Shown here in pieces: positions 23,119 through 34,700 of a DNA stretch of 64,000 bases (positions within the stretch are counted from its first letter, which is position 1; each line of letters starts with the position of its first letter). A model generated the notes under the pieces. It did not search any database. It worked only from the letters and a program-made list of their open reading frames with translations, and was not told the DNA's origin. The position numbers and the translations under genes were made by a program. The DNA comes from Ministeria vibrans ATCC 50519 (Eukaryota > Protista > Filasterea), in the NCBI GenBank assembly GCA_943704425.1, contig CALSCP010002822.1:10113-74112 (forward strand), given 5' to 3'.

Positions 23119-24192
23119 TGGTTCGATTGCAGTTTTACTGTCTCTCTGAAAAGCCGCGGGTACCCAGCGCACGCACGGGTGCGGGTGTGCGTGGGGTGCT
23201 TTGTGTTCGAGTCTGGGACGTCGCAAGTGGCGGAAACAGTGCGTGCGTACAGCGGGAGAGAGACAGGACCGCTGTCAGACACCCTGTCAGACATGGCGCG
23301 CGGACCGCATCGTCTGCACTTCCGCGGCGGTGCGTACAAGCTCACGACGTCCTCGTCGCCCATCACTCTCTTTCGTGTTGCTGGTCTTTCTGCCGTCGAC
23401 AAGGCTACTTTTTGGAGTGTCACTCCCGCAACGGTATACAATCGAAGTGGACGTGTGAGTCGAAGCAACGGATGTAACGTAACCTTTTTTTTTTTTTTTT
23501 TTTTTTTTTTTGATTTGTTACAGCAAGCACTACCTCAAGACACCACCACCACCGACATCACGCAGTCCAACGTCCTTGTTGTTCCCAACGGCGTTATGAT
23601 GTTCGAGGGGTACACTGTGCCCGATTATGTCGACACCAACGCAGACCGTCGAAGGTGAGTCGAGCGCATGGATTGAGTTTGTGTCTCTCATTGTCGATTG
23701 ATTTCTACTAGACACTCTGGATGGCAAATATTTATTCCACCAGCAGTTTCAACGGAATTGCTGCACTGGCAGAACGCAGTGCGAGCCAAGAACGACGATA
23801 AGGCAGAGAAACACTTGCGACAGGCGTTCCTTGTGCAACGGCAGTTCTTTAACCGGGCTCGTGAGGGTGGCAGTGGCAGCGGTGGGGGTCCTGCCTCGCC
23901 GCGTCCGACATCGCCTAGTGGAGGCAGTCGGAGGGGCAGTCGCAGCACAAAGTCACGCAAAGGCAGTGGGTCGCAGCCAGAGAAGACGAAGACTGCTAGT
24001 GGCAGCAGTGAGAGCAACAGCAGTGCGCTCACAGGTGTGCTCAGTGGCACTCCGGCGGGCCCTTCGTCCTCCTCCCTGTCGTCGTCTCGCCCTGCCTCTC
24101 CGCGCCCTGCCTCCCCCGCACAGCCTGCCCCGCCTCGCCCGTCCTCTCCTGTAGTCGTTTCTCGCACCACCATGCCAGCACACTCCTTCTGA
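22667..24192 (+). CDS. FYVE zinc-finger protein with an uncharacterised (possibly ART/TNT-like) domain and Ser/Pro-rich tail
   Basis: MGAIQPK start. Spliced WVDDHDRYCC..ECSYHFSLLNRRHHCRACGDLYCGDCS..RVRVCVGCF gives the FYVE WxxD, RRHHCR and RVC motifs. Confidence 0.85.
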
Positions 24193-24296
24193 ATACTGAA
24201 ACAATACAAAACTCTCTACACTATAATGATATCAACTATTATTTTGTTGGCAACCAGACAATGTATTGTAGATTGTATTGAGGGTGGTCAGTCAGC

Positions 24297-25974
24297 TTAG
24301 ACGCCGCAGGAGTTCTTTGCGGCGGCGTGGACGGCCACGGGGGAGACGCCGGCGTCACAGAGGTTGGAGAAGACGTTGACAAACTGCATGCCATAGCCGT
24401 CAAGACGACCGCAAAGCGACATGAAAGCATTGAGCGACTCCTTGTAGCACGCCCACTGGGTGGGGAGCGTCTTGAGACCGACGAGAGCGGTGGCACGGTC
24501 GGCACCGACGAGCTGGGCGGCGACGGACATGACACGTTCGCGAACGAGTTCACGACGGGCCTCCTCGGCACGCACTGCCTTGTAGTGCACGTCGACATCG
24601 TCGGCGTTGGCGGCAACGGCCTGGGCATGGCGCGCCTTGAGGATGCTAAGTGTCACGTCACGCGTGCTCACGGCATCGCTCTTGTCCGAGACCGTCGACG
24701 TGAGAGGGACCGAAGGACGGCTCAGCTCAGTCTGCGTCTTCTTGTCGTAACCAATGTACTCGCCAATGGCCTCCGAGTTGATCGACATCTGACCATACTC
24801 CATCACGTGCGACGTGTTGGTCAGCTGCTTGACAATGTCGTACTGCTTCGAGAGGGTCTCGGACAGACCAACTGAGTCAGTGTTCTAAAGCCAGAGGGGA
24901 CCTGTGAGTTGGCTCTGCAATATGAGTGTTTGTTTGGCACATTGTACCTCCATCCAGTTGACCGAGTAGACGTCACCGAGGTACGTGTTGAGGTGCTGGT
25001 CCATGTAGCAGGCGTACGAAGACTCGTGTGCGTTGGCCGCAGTCGTCGCGTAGATCTCAATGTTGTCAGGAAGGATTCCTACCAAAAAAAAGAGAAAAGG
25101 AAACAGCAGACGCACAGTTAGAGAGAGACGACGGAAAAACAAAGTGATAGGAGGAAGAAAGAAACAAAGTGATAGAGAGAGAAAGGAGGGAGAAAGAAAA
25201 CAAAGTGAGAGAGAGAGAAAAAAAGGAGAGAGTGATAGAGAGAGAAAGGAGAGAGAAAGAAACAAGGTGATAGAGAGAAATAAAAGTGAGATTTGCGGTA
25301 CCCTCGAACATGGAGCCACTCTCGCAAGCCTCCATGTAGAAGACAAGCTCCTTGTACATCTTCTTCTCATTCATCGTGGTGAGCGCAGCCATGAGGTCCT
25401 TGGCGTAGAGGTACTCGGTGGGGAAGCCAATGAGGCCCACGCCACCATGGTCGACAAAGTTGATGAAGACGTGGTCGTTCTCGCCCGACTCAAGCACCTT
25501 GCCCGTAGCCTACACAGAACACCGAGTGAGACGCAAAAGGATAAGAAGCAACAGCAACAACAAAAAAAAAAGAAGGATAATTATCAAGTCTTATGTATGT
25601 AAATGGGAGTGTTAATATGTGACGTACCTTCGACTTGTCGCCAGTCAGGATAGCCACAAAGTTGTCGGGGGTCACATCAGCTCCAGTGTACTGCTGTTCC
25701 TTAGGGAAGGCCTTGACAGCCGTGTAGACGTTGGGGCCGTTGAGGTGGTTGATGACAACCCCTTGGTCGGGGTTCTGCGTGCTGTACGCAATGTCGTTGT
25801 AGTGCATCACTGCAAAAACACCAAAAGGCAAAAGACAAAAAAACATAACAATTGCGTTTGAGCGGCGGATGACTCGCTCGAGCACTTATGTGTGTGCTAC
25901 GTACGGATGATGTGGTCGTCGGGGTATCCACCGGCGTTCTTCAGGATGTTGAGGGCGTGGTAGACATCACTGAT

Positions 25975-26042
<68 letters not shown>

Positions 26043-26300
26043 ACANNNNNNNNNNAAAAAAACAAAAAAAAACAACAAAAAAGAAAAGTTCACTTACGAT
26101 TGATGGCGGTAGTTGTAGTAGTTGTTGGAACCTACGGAAGGGAGAGAAGGGGTCAGGGGTGTGTGGGGGCGCGCAGGAGACGCACCGGCGACGAGAACCG
26201 CCCAGTTGGTGCCAGTGCCGTCCTTTCCGTCGCGGAAGGTGGGGAAGGGCAGCGCGAGTGCACAGGCGGCGAAGGCAACGACAACGAGCGCGGTCTTCAT
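24297..26300 (-). CDS. LGMN: Legumain / asparaginyl endopeptidase (C13)
   Basis: Signal peptide [16 protein letters not shown]; [24 protein letters not shown]; FINFVDHGG (catalytic His); [11 protein letters not shown] (catalytic Cys); [13 protein letters not shown]; C-terminal prodomain. One intron contains an N-gap. Confidence 0.97.
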
Positions 26301-26536
26301 TTCAAATATCAAATAATTGTTACACAATTGGTTTATGGTTAATTCTTTGTTTATTGTTGATTATGTAATTTAGATTTTAGAAAAAAAACCAAACATTTCA
26401 GCTTTTTTGCACTGTACACTATGATTAGCGAAGCACTGTGCTGGGGGGTATGCATTTGAAATGCAGGGCGAGGCTCGCTGATACTGTTTTATCCTTTTCA
26501 TTTGGGCAGCTTGACTTTTTCGTCGCGTTCGAACAA

Positions 26537-27499
26537 ATGGCCGAAACGCGCACGCTGCTGCAGATGGGCGTGGTCCTTGTGGGCATGTGGATAGCATACC
26601 GCCTGGCGACAGACTCGCCGCCGCTGGCGACGACCGCAGCGCTCGTGTTTGGCGCCAAGCGCGATCCGTTGAACGTCGACCCCACTGTGACAAGCGCCGC
26701 TCTGTTGAGGATACAGCGGGAAAAGGACCAGCGCGAGTGCCTGCGCCGCATCGGCGAGGCGTACGACGAGGGGCTCATCCAGTGGCTCAACCTCCACGAC
26801 GTCCCCATTGCGGTGCTGCCGCAGCAGCTGGCGCGTCTCGAAGAACTCGTGCGTCTGCACATTGGGCTGTTGCCTCCTCCAACGGAATTCCCCGACAACG
26901 GCATCAACGACTCGCTTGGCCAGCTGGCGCGCCTTCGCGAGGTGCTTGTTCACAGTGAAATGCCTCTCACCACGGCAGCGGTGGATGCGTTCTTCTCGCT
27001 GCCCAGCATTCGTCGTCTGTCGTTTGTCGACAGTCGTCTCGTCGTCGATGACAACTACCAGGACGCATCGGGGTCGCAAGAACTCCCACTCGCGCGCTCC
27101 CACGACATTCTCAGGCTGACGCGCACCAAGGGGGCCAAGCTTAAGCTGCTCGAGTTGCCGGCACCCTGTCGTGTCGTGGTCGCGCACATCCACAAGGTCT
27201 TTTTGCGCGCACACGTCGCCGTCGTCGAGATTCTGCCGGGCCTGTCGCTCGCCCTACACGACCGCATTGTCCTTGAGCGCATCCAGCACGAAGGACTCAC
27301 GACTCACCGGTGGCAGAGCGACGAGTACCGTGTCGACTCCATTCGCACCGACGACCACGAACAGCTGTCGGTCGCCGAGGGTGTCGTTGCTGAGGGTGCG
27401 CCCGGCCTGCTTGTGTCCATTCCCATGCCCGAGAATGGTCGCAAGGGCGATCGCGTTGTGTGGGTTGGAGTCGATCGAATGGAGAAGAAGGCCAAATAA
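26537..27499 (+). CDS. Single-exon membrane-anchored protein with LRR-like middle and C-terminal EF-Tu domain II-like beta-barrel
   Basis: ATG 26537; hydrophobic LLQMGVVLVGMWIAY; LRR-like LARLEELVRL, LARLREVLV, LPSIRRLSF; barrel-like VAHIHKVFLRAHVAVVEI..LHDRIVL..VDSIRTD..GLLVSI..RKGDRVVWV. Confidence 0.6.
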   Translation: MAETRTLLQMGVVLVGMWIAYRLATDSPPLATTAALVFGAKRDPLNVDPTVTSAALLRIQREKDQRECLRRIGEAYDEGLIQWLNLHDVPIAVLPQQLARLEELVRLHIGLLPPPTEFPDNGINDSLGQLARLREVLVHSEMPLTTAAVDAFFSLPSIRRLSFVDSRLVVDDNYQDASGSQELPLARSHDILRLTRTKGAKLKLLELPAPCRVVVAHIHKVFLRAHVAVVEILPGLSLALHDRIVLERIQHEGLTTHRWQSDEYRVDSIRTDDHEQLSVAEGVVAEGAPGLLVSIPMPENGRKGDRVVWVGVDRMEKKAK

Positions 27500-27910
27500 A
27501 CATTATTAATAATTATTATTATTCGTTTTTTTTTTGTCATTTGTTTTGTATCGAATATAAGGAGTGTGATTAATTTTTATTCCGTTGTTTTCGTGATAGT
27601 TGACTGAAACTCATTTGAGAGATCATCACACATCAATGAGTGTTCGTAAGTAACTCACAACTCACAATGTACAATGAATACGTAACACTGGTCACAAAAG
27701 TTTTGAGAATCGTCCTCGTTCATACTCGCATTTTGAATTTTGATTCTTCCTTTGTTTTCTTGATCAAGACTCGAGAGTCGACTATCAGTCGAGAGATCAA
27801 CACACACTCATTTGTTCTTCATTTTCGTGTCATTTTAGATCAGCATAGCCAATGGATGTGAGTCCAACTCATAACTTAGCAGTGAATAGTTATCAGTTAT
27901 CACAAATATT

Positions 27911-29006
27911 ATGAGAATCGCTCTCGTTCAAACCCGCGGAGTTGTTGGCGATGTGGATGGGAACATTGCGTTTGCCAAGGAACAGATCGAGAAGATAGTG
28001 CGGGAGGAAGGAAGTGCCGACGTTGTCGTGTTTCCCGAATTTTTCCTCACAGGGTACTTTCTCACCAAGGAACAGGTAGGGATCGGCGGGTAGACGATGA
28101 GCATGGGGCACTGCTCACGCACGGGGATGGCGGGTGGTGCATTTGGATAGGTCGCAGCACTCGCACAGGACCGGGAAAGGAGCATGGCCCTCAAACAGAT
28201 GCATCGTCTGGCGGCCAGGCACAACGTCGCTCTGGTGTACGGCTACCCCGAGCGGGCAGTGCGCGATGGCGTCACAGTTGTGTACAACTCGGCGCAGGTA
28301 CGAGCAGCTCAGCGCGGAAATGATCATTTAACAATGATGACTGTTTATATTATAACTATAATTATTATAGCTTGTCTCCTCACACTGTTTTATAACTATT
28401 ATGCACATATTATAGCTTGTCTCCTCACAAGGTCGTGTCTTGCTCAACTATCGAAAACAACACTTGTTTGGCGCGCACGAACGTGTGCTCTTTACGGAGG
28501 CACCCAACGAAGCACCCATGGATGCAATGTTGAACGAGGTAACCGAATGTGGGAACAAACGACAGTCATTCAAAAGAGCTGTGCATTATGATACATAGGT
28601 CAAAGTGACGCTTGGCATTTGTTACGACATTGAGTTTCCTGAATTTGCGCGTCTCTGTGCCCTGCGACAAGTCAAAATACTGTTTGTACCGACGGCATCG
28701 TTTTCGGAGTGCGTTCCGCAACTGATTGTGCCCACACGCGCAATTGAGAACCACTTGATGATTGTCTACTGCAACCGATGCGGAAAAGACACGCCGACGA
28801 GCAAGGCTTTCTGTGGTCTCAGCTGCATTGTGGACGGTTCCGGCGAAGTGCTTGTGCAGTGTTCGGGGGACGATACAACAGCTGTGCGTGTGCGCGACTG
28901 TGAGTGGGACAGTGCGCAATGCGTCGAAGCGGAGCAGTTCAATCCGTACTTGACGGACCGACGACCGGAGCTGTATCAAATGTTGCACAATTGTAATGTA
29001 GACTAA
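27911..29006 (+). CDS. Nitrilase-superfamily carbon-nitrogen hydrolase (5-aminopentanamidase/DavA-like amidase)
   Basis: MRIALVQ; FPEFFLTGY (Glu); NYRKQHLF (Lys); GICYDIEFPE (Cys); PTRAIEN; YLTDRRPELY. 4 exons. Confidence 0.92.
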
Positions 29007-29077
29007 AATAATATTAGTATGATGGGTTTCAATTGCAAAGTTGTAATGTAGAAAAATAACTATTATTATGATGTGTT

Positions 29078-30403
29078 TCAATTGCTATCATACAGATACT
29101 TGGGAAGGTCAATGGCGACGGAGCGAGCGACCGGTAAGACACGCTCGTACGGGGCATTGCAGCGGAAGCGCACGCCGTCCAGTTGGCCCGTGTGCGCACT
29201 GGTGCGGGTCAGAAGTTGGAGCGAGACTAGGTTGGAAATCTGAAAGGAAGGAGAAAAAAATGATTAGAGTGGGACAGTATGGCATGAGAGTGTATGGTGG
29301 TGTGTGAGGCTGTCAAGGAAAAATGCTTGAATGAGAATGAAAGACTTGAGAGAATGAATGGATCAAATAAGAGTGAGTAAAAGAAAGAGTAAGGGAGAGA
29401 GAAAGGGTGTCATTTAGAGTGCGTAGCCGCAAAAATGAGAGTGAACAAATGAGTTACATTGAGTGAAACGTAGAGTGAGAGTGAGCAAAATCATTCAACT
29501 TCTTCTTTTTTACCTGAACATAAATATCAGACGACGTTTGCACTTTGTCATTGAGAAGACTATAAAAAATGGCCAACAGCCGATCAAGAGGAAACGTCGC
29601 TGGTCCCATTTTCTTCGGATCAATCTAAATAAAATAATTATTACAATAAAATAATAATAATAATAATAATAATTATAATTATTATTGACATTCATTCGTG
29701 TAAAAATGTTTTTTTTGTACCTGATCTTTCTTTTGCTTTGCACGCGATTTCTTTCCGCTCGACGACACATTGGCATTGACGGTAAACACCTGTACGTCTG
29801 ACTTTGCGGGATTGTACGATGCAAGAAACGCCGCAATGAGAAGGTATTTGGCGTAGAAGGGCAGTTCAAGTTCGGTTTTGGTGAGGGACACACTCGTTTT
29901 GAGGTGTGTTGTGTCTTCTTCCTCTTCTTCTTCTCCTTCCTCCCCATCTTCTTCTATTGCTTCGGTTTCAGTGGCTGTACTTGATTTGTCCTTTTGTGGC
30001 TGTTGTTGTTGCGTGATGAGAATCTGACTGTCGAGATCGGCCGCACTGACTTCGCGCAGGTAAATGCGCGGGAGAATGGAGCGCAAAATGGGACTGACAT
30101 GAACGTAAAGCGCACGCGGGTCGGAGCGGTCGCACTTGCCCGCGAGCACAGGCGCAATGTAGCGCGGGAAGAGCAGTGCAGCAAGATAGCGCAGTTCGTT
30201 GAGGTCGTTGCAGGCGACGTTGAAGACGTCAAGCAGCAATTGTGTGTAGTGCGCAAAAAAGAGGGGTTCTTCGCTGGCAGGACATTCCGTGCGCACTACA
30301 ATCGCTTTGATTTCCTCTTCGCTGTACGACGGAAAGTGCACGAGCACTGGATCGGTGGAACCAGTTGCTTTGCTAAAAGGAACAGAAGAAAATTTTGTTG
30401 AGA

Positions 30404-30437
<34 letters not shown>

Positions 30438-31375
30438 TATATATATACAAATATATATACTCTCTCCTCTCTCTCATTCTGTTTTACCCAAACTTGTCCC
30501 AGACAATGTCACTGATAAAGATGGAAGCAATGTTGCACTGTTGAGTGAGTTCGCGAAGACGCAGAATCACCGCTAAAAGAGTGGCGGGGAAACGAGAGTC
30601 GCGCAAGCGGTTGGCCCTGTCAAAGACAAGGAAGACGGGCGTCGTCGGTTGCCGGTCGTCCCGCTCGTCCATGGGTGCACGATCACCATCGTTGTGAGTG
30701 GTGGATAAAGTGTTATGATCGCATGTCTAAAAAGTGCAGCGTACAAAACAGCATAGTCAGAGAGAGGGAGAGAGAAAGGAGAAAGGTACAAGTGATAGAA
30801 ACAAAAGCAAGTGACAGAAACAAGTGATGGAAACAAAAAGAAATGATAGAAACAAGTGAAAAAAACCAAGTAAGTGAAACAAGGGAGTAAAACAAGTGAG
30901 CCAAACACGTGATAGAGGCGAGGCGTACCGTTTTGAGGTGACGGACAAAGTCATTGATGTTTTCACACCTGACCCACGGCCGAAATTCATTGTCCTAGCG
31001 AAGCCAATCGAGGGGTAAGACAAAACATGGGATGTGTGGGTGGGTGGAGTGCAGAGGGGGCCGGTACCGGGGACGAAATGTGGCCATTGAGCTGATTGAG
31101 AATCGATTCAAAGACTGTGCGCGTTGACAGGGCGTCGATGCAGTTGATCCAGGCGACGCGTTGCTGTCCCTGGAGCAGTCCTTTGACAACCTCCGTCTTT
31201 CCAGTGGCTGTGTGACCATAGACAAACACGCTGTTGGGCGGCGACTGCAGCGGGAAGGCAAGGGTCAGGAGAAATCGATGGCATTGAGTGTTTTGGTGTG
31301 TACGCCGTTGAGGAGAAGTCTTCTCAGCGTATCGATTTGCTTTCGTCTTTCGGGAAAGGTCTCTTCCAATGACAT
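29078..31375 (-). CDS. ORC5: Origin recognition complex subunit 5
   Basis: MSLEETFPERRKQIDTLRRLL; VFVYGHTATGKT; LVFDRANRLRD; VHFPSYSEEEI; ELPFYAKYLLIAAFLASYNPAKSD; C-term ISNLVSLQLL..FRCN..IDLPKYLYD. Confidence 0.94.
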
Positions 31376-31701
31376 TGTCACGCAGGAACCCAAGTGGTGA
31401 GGAGGAGGCTGGACGTGATGGTAGAGAAAAAGAGAGAAGGGAAAGAGATAAGAGTAAGAGAGTAATCATTTCACTCAGTTGTCGAAGTGAATGTAACTCT
31501 TGTGACTTCAACATGAAAATTATATTGACCCCATTCACAAAACCATGGAGGTACAATCAGATACTGAGATGTCCTCAGGCTGTATTGCGCAGAAAGTAAC
31601 AAGGTAATGGGCTCAGCGTTTGCTTTGTACCTCCCAATTCGTTTGTTGATATCCATTCCCAATGAGAAAACTTTAAAGATAACATATTTGTTTTCATTTC
31701 G

Positions 31702-34700
31702 ATGGCCGCATCTCTCAAAGGTAAGAAAATCTTCTCCATGGGACGCTAGCACGAGCGGTCTTCTTTGGTTCTTTTGTTCCTTGCGCGAAATCCTTTTTTT
31801 TTCTCCCCTTTGCGTGTAAAAGAGCGACTATATCTCCCTGTTGGTCGTCACAATCATTCCCCAGAACCAGTGTAATGCCGTTTCCTTTGCGATAAAGAAG
31901 CTTACGCTGTCCTTTGTTATATTAACTTTGTGTTTTTTTTTTTCGTTGATGTGTTTCAGAGATTGATGGGCTGCAACGGTCGTACCGCCAGGGTCTCATC
32001 CTTGCTCGGTGCGACTACAGCGACCTTGTCGACCCATTCACTGCGAATACAGCGTCGCCGCAGCTGTACTTTGGCCATTTGCCGGGTGCGTTGATTGCCG
32101 CTCGAAACACTGCCGTTGGGATGCTCCAAAACGGATACGATATTGTCTCCGTGCTCGCCGACAAGCGCCTTACACCAGACGGATCGGTGCCGTTTGGCAA
32201 TGATCAGTCGTTCTTTGGCGAGAAGCCGACCGGGTTGACGCCGGAGGAGGAGGCGGAGGAGACGGCCCGTGCTACGTTTGCTGCTGACTCCATCAACAGC
32301 GGCCGCTTGCTGTGGGTCGTTGCACCCAAGCTTCCTCGTGCCGACATTGCCGCGTGCATTGACACGCTTGAAAAGATGAAGCCAAAGGTCAACGGCCAGG
32401 TTAAGGGCCCTGCCGGCCCCAAAACCGAGCTGACTGTTTGTCTTATCGGTCACGGTGTTATGAACGAGGAGGGAGACTATGCGGTCGCCTTCAACCATAT
32501 CCGTCTTGTACCTCGCAATGTGGGCGTGCGTGTTTTTGATGGCTACACCTTGGCACAGCTGCTCGACGATCTGACGCTCAAGACGCGCTGGAAGCATCTT
32601 CTCATCATCGCCGACACCTGCACCGCTGGTACCGCACTCACCAAGGACTCCTACGTGCCAGACAAGGCAGAGATGTTCCTTGATGATGTGTGGACTCTTG
32701 CGTACCACACACCGTCGTACCAGTTTATTGGATCATCGCTGAACGGCACGCAAGGACTTGCTCTGTTGCCTTGGCAGGGAACAGTGTTCTCAATGGCAAT
32801 GGATCGAGTGCTTTGGCACTCGAACCCAACTGCCTTTCAAAACCCTGGCGGTACAACGCTCTACAACTGGGCGACAGTGGGACATGTTGGCGAGAGACTG
32901 CGCGAGAGCATGAATGCCATCATGGAGGAGTTCTTTCCCACCGACACCGACCTGGCTCCAACGTGTCTCCATGGCCGTCTCGACCTCGTTCACTGCAACG
33001 TGACACAACCCAATGAGGGACACTTTCTTTTTGTGCGTCATGGCGCACCAGCGAAGTGGACTCGTGGAGACATTACTCAGTCACCTTATCATGTAAGCAA
33101 ATCAAGACCCCTCAACATTTTTTTAAAAATTTCTATATTTGATTTATTTTCTAGCGAACGCCCACTTCCGCAACCTCCATTGCTACAACACCGCATCCAT
33201 TGACACAACCGACCAATTCTGCCACTCTCTCGCGCATTCCTCTCTCTGAAACCCTTTCTATTCTCAACCACGACTGGTCTCGACACATCCTCATTGTTGT
33301 GCCTCAACTCGACTCACTGCGTCCCGACATCCTCGCTGCTCACCGCTGTGGCCTTGACGAGCCCTTTGCTCCCTTTCAAGAATGGGTTGGCTCAGATGAT
33401 TACTACTGCTACAGCCTCTATTGTCATACACTCGCGATCTCACTCACATTCATTCTCATTGTGCGCGCCCCATCGCCCGATTCTTGCGTTGCTCGTCTCG
33501 CGCTCCTCTGGCAACCCGACCTGGTTGAGTTTTACCCTGTGGAGACCGGAGAGAAGCTTCCGAACCGCGTGGTTGTTGTGCGCAATCTCATCACCAACCC
33601 ACCTCAATCTACTGCGTCTCATTTGCCTCCGAGTGCCTTCAGGAGGCAGCGCCTCTCGCTTGGTGAGACCACTCAACGTCTGGGCGATCTGTCACTCCCA
33701 TCTGCCCTCAGTTCTCTGCGCGTACAACCTACCACACCCGACGACACAACTGTCCGCATCAATGCTTTTCAGGACATGGGCTCTTGCTCGTGTGGCTGCT
33801 GTGCACGCTGCGGCATCCGCCGAGTAGTGATCCTCACCACCTCTGCTGTGAGCTTGACTGCTGCGGAGCGCGTTGACCTGCTCTACGCCTGCGCAGCTGC
33901 CTCTTCTCGCCTGCTGCCTGTTGACAAGCTCACGCAATCTATTTCCTGTTCCAAAACGGTTCGCTTTGAGGCCCTTTTTCGCGATTTGTGCTCTGAAAGG
34001 CTCGCAAAGGAGCGCGACCTACTGCTGCTCGCTCTGCGCGACACACTGTGGTGCAATTCATGTCCGAGCCAAGACATCAGTGCTCTTTTTCGCTTGCACC
34101 ATCACCGTCCTGGCGCAGACAACTCCCTCCAGCTCCACTTTGAGGCCCCACCATCATTGCTCTGGTCTTTACTCTCATCCTCAACTTCCAACAGCAAACT
34201 TGTCGATCTTGGCTTTGACCATGTGTGTGAGCCCACACCGACATTGTACCTCTCTGTTGCACTGCGAACTCGCGACGCAACCGTCACCAAACCTCTCTCA
34301 CAGGACACAATGAATGGCATTGTCGACTCAGTCGTCTCCTACGTCCAGTCAGAAATATTCCCTACTCGCGGCTTTCTCCCTCGCCTACATATCTCCACCG
34401 CCGCTCAGACCATGTGGGTTGTGCTGAAGCTACCCGAAGACGTTACTTGCGAAGAATACTGTATTCTTGGCGGACTTCTCATGACGAATGTACCTCCGGT
34501 CATTCAAGAGCGTGCCGTAACAAGTATACGGATTGTGTACGAGGGAGAAGATGAGCATGTGCGGTTGCTGGCGGAGCAGCTTTCAAAGCACGCCCAATCT
34601 CTTCCCGATTCTCGAGCACATGCACATGCTTTCCTGCGAAAAGCCTGGGAGGTGTACACTTTGGACGACGAAACTGTGCGCCGCGTTGCGCTTATCGATG

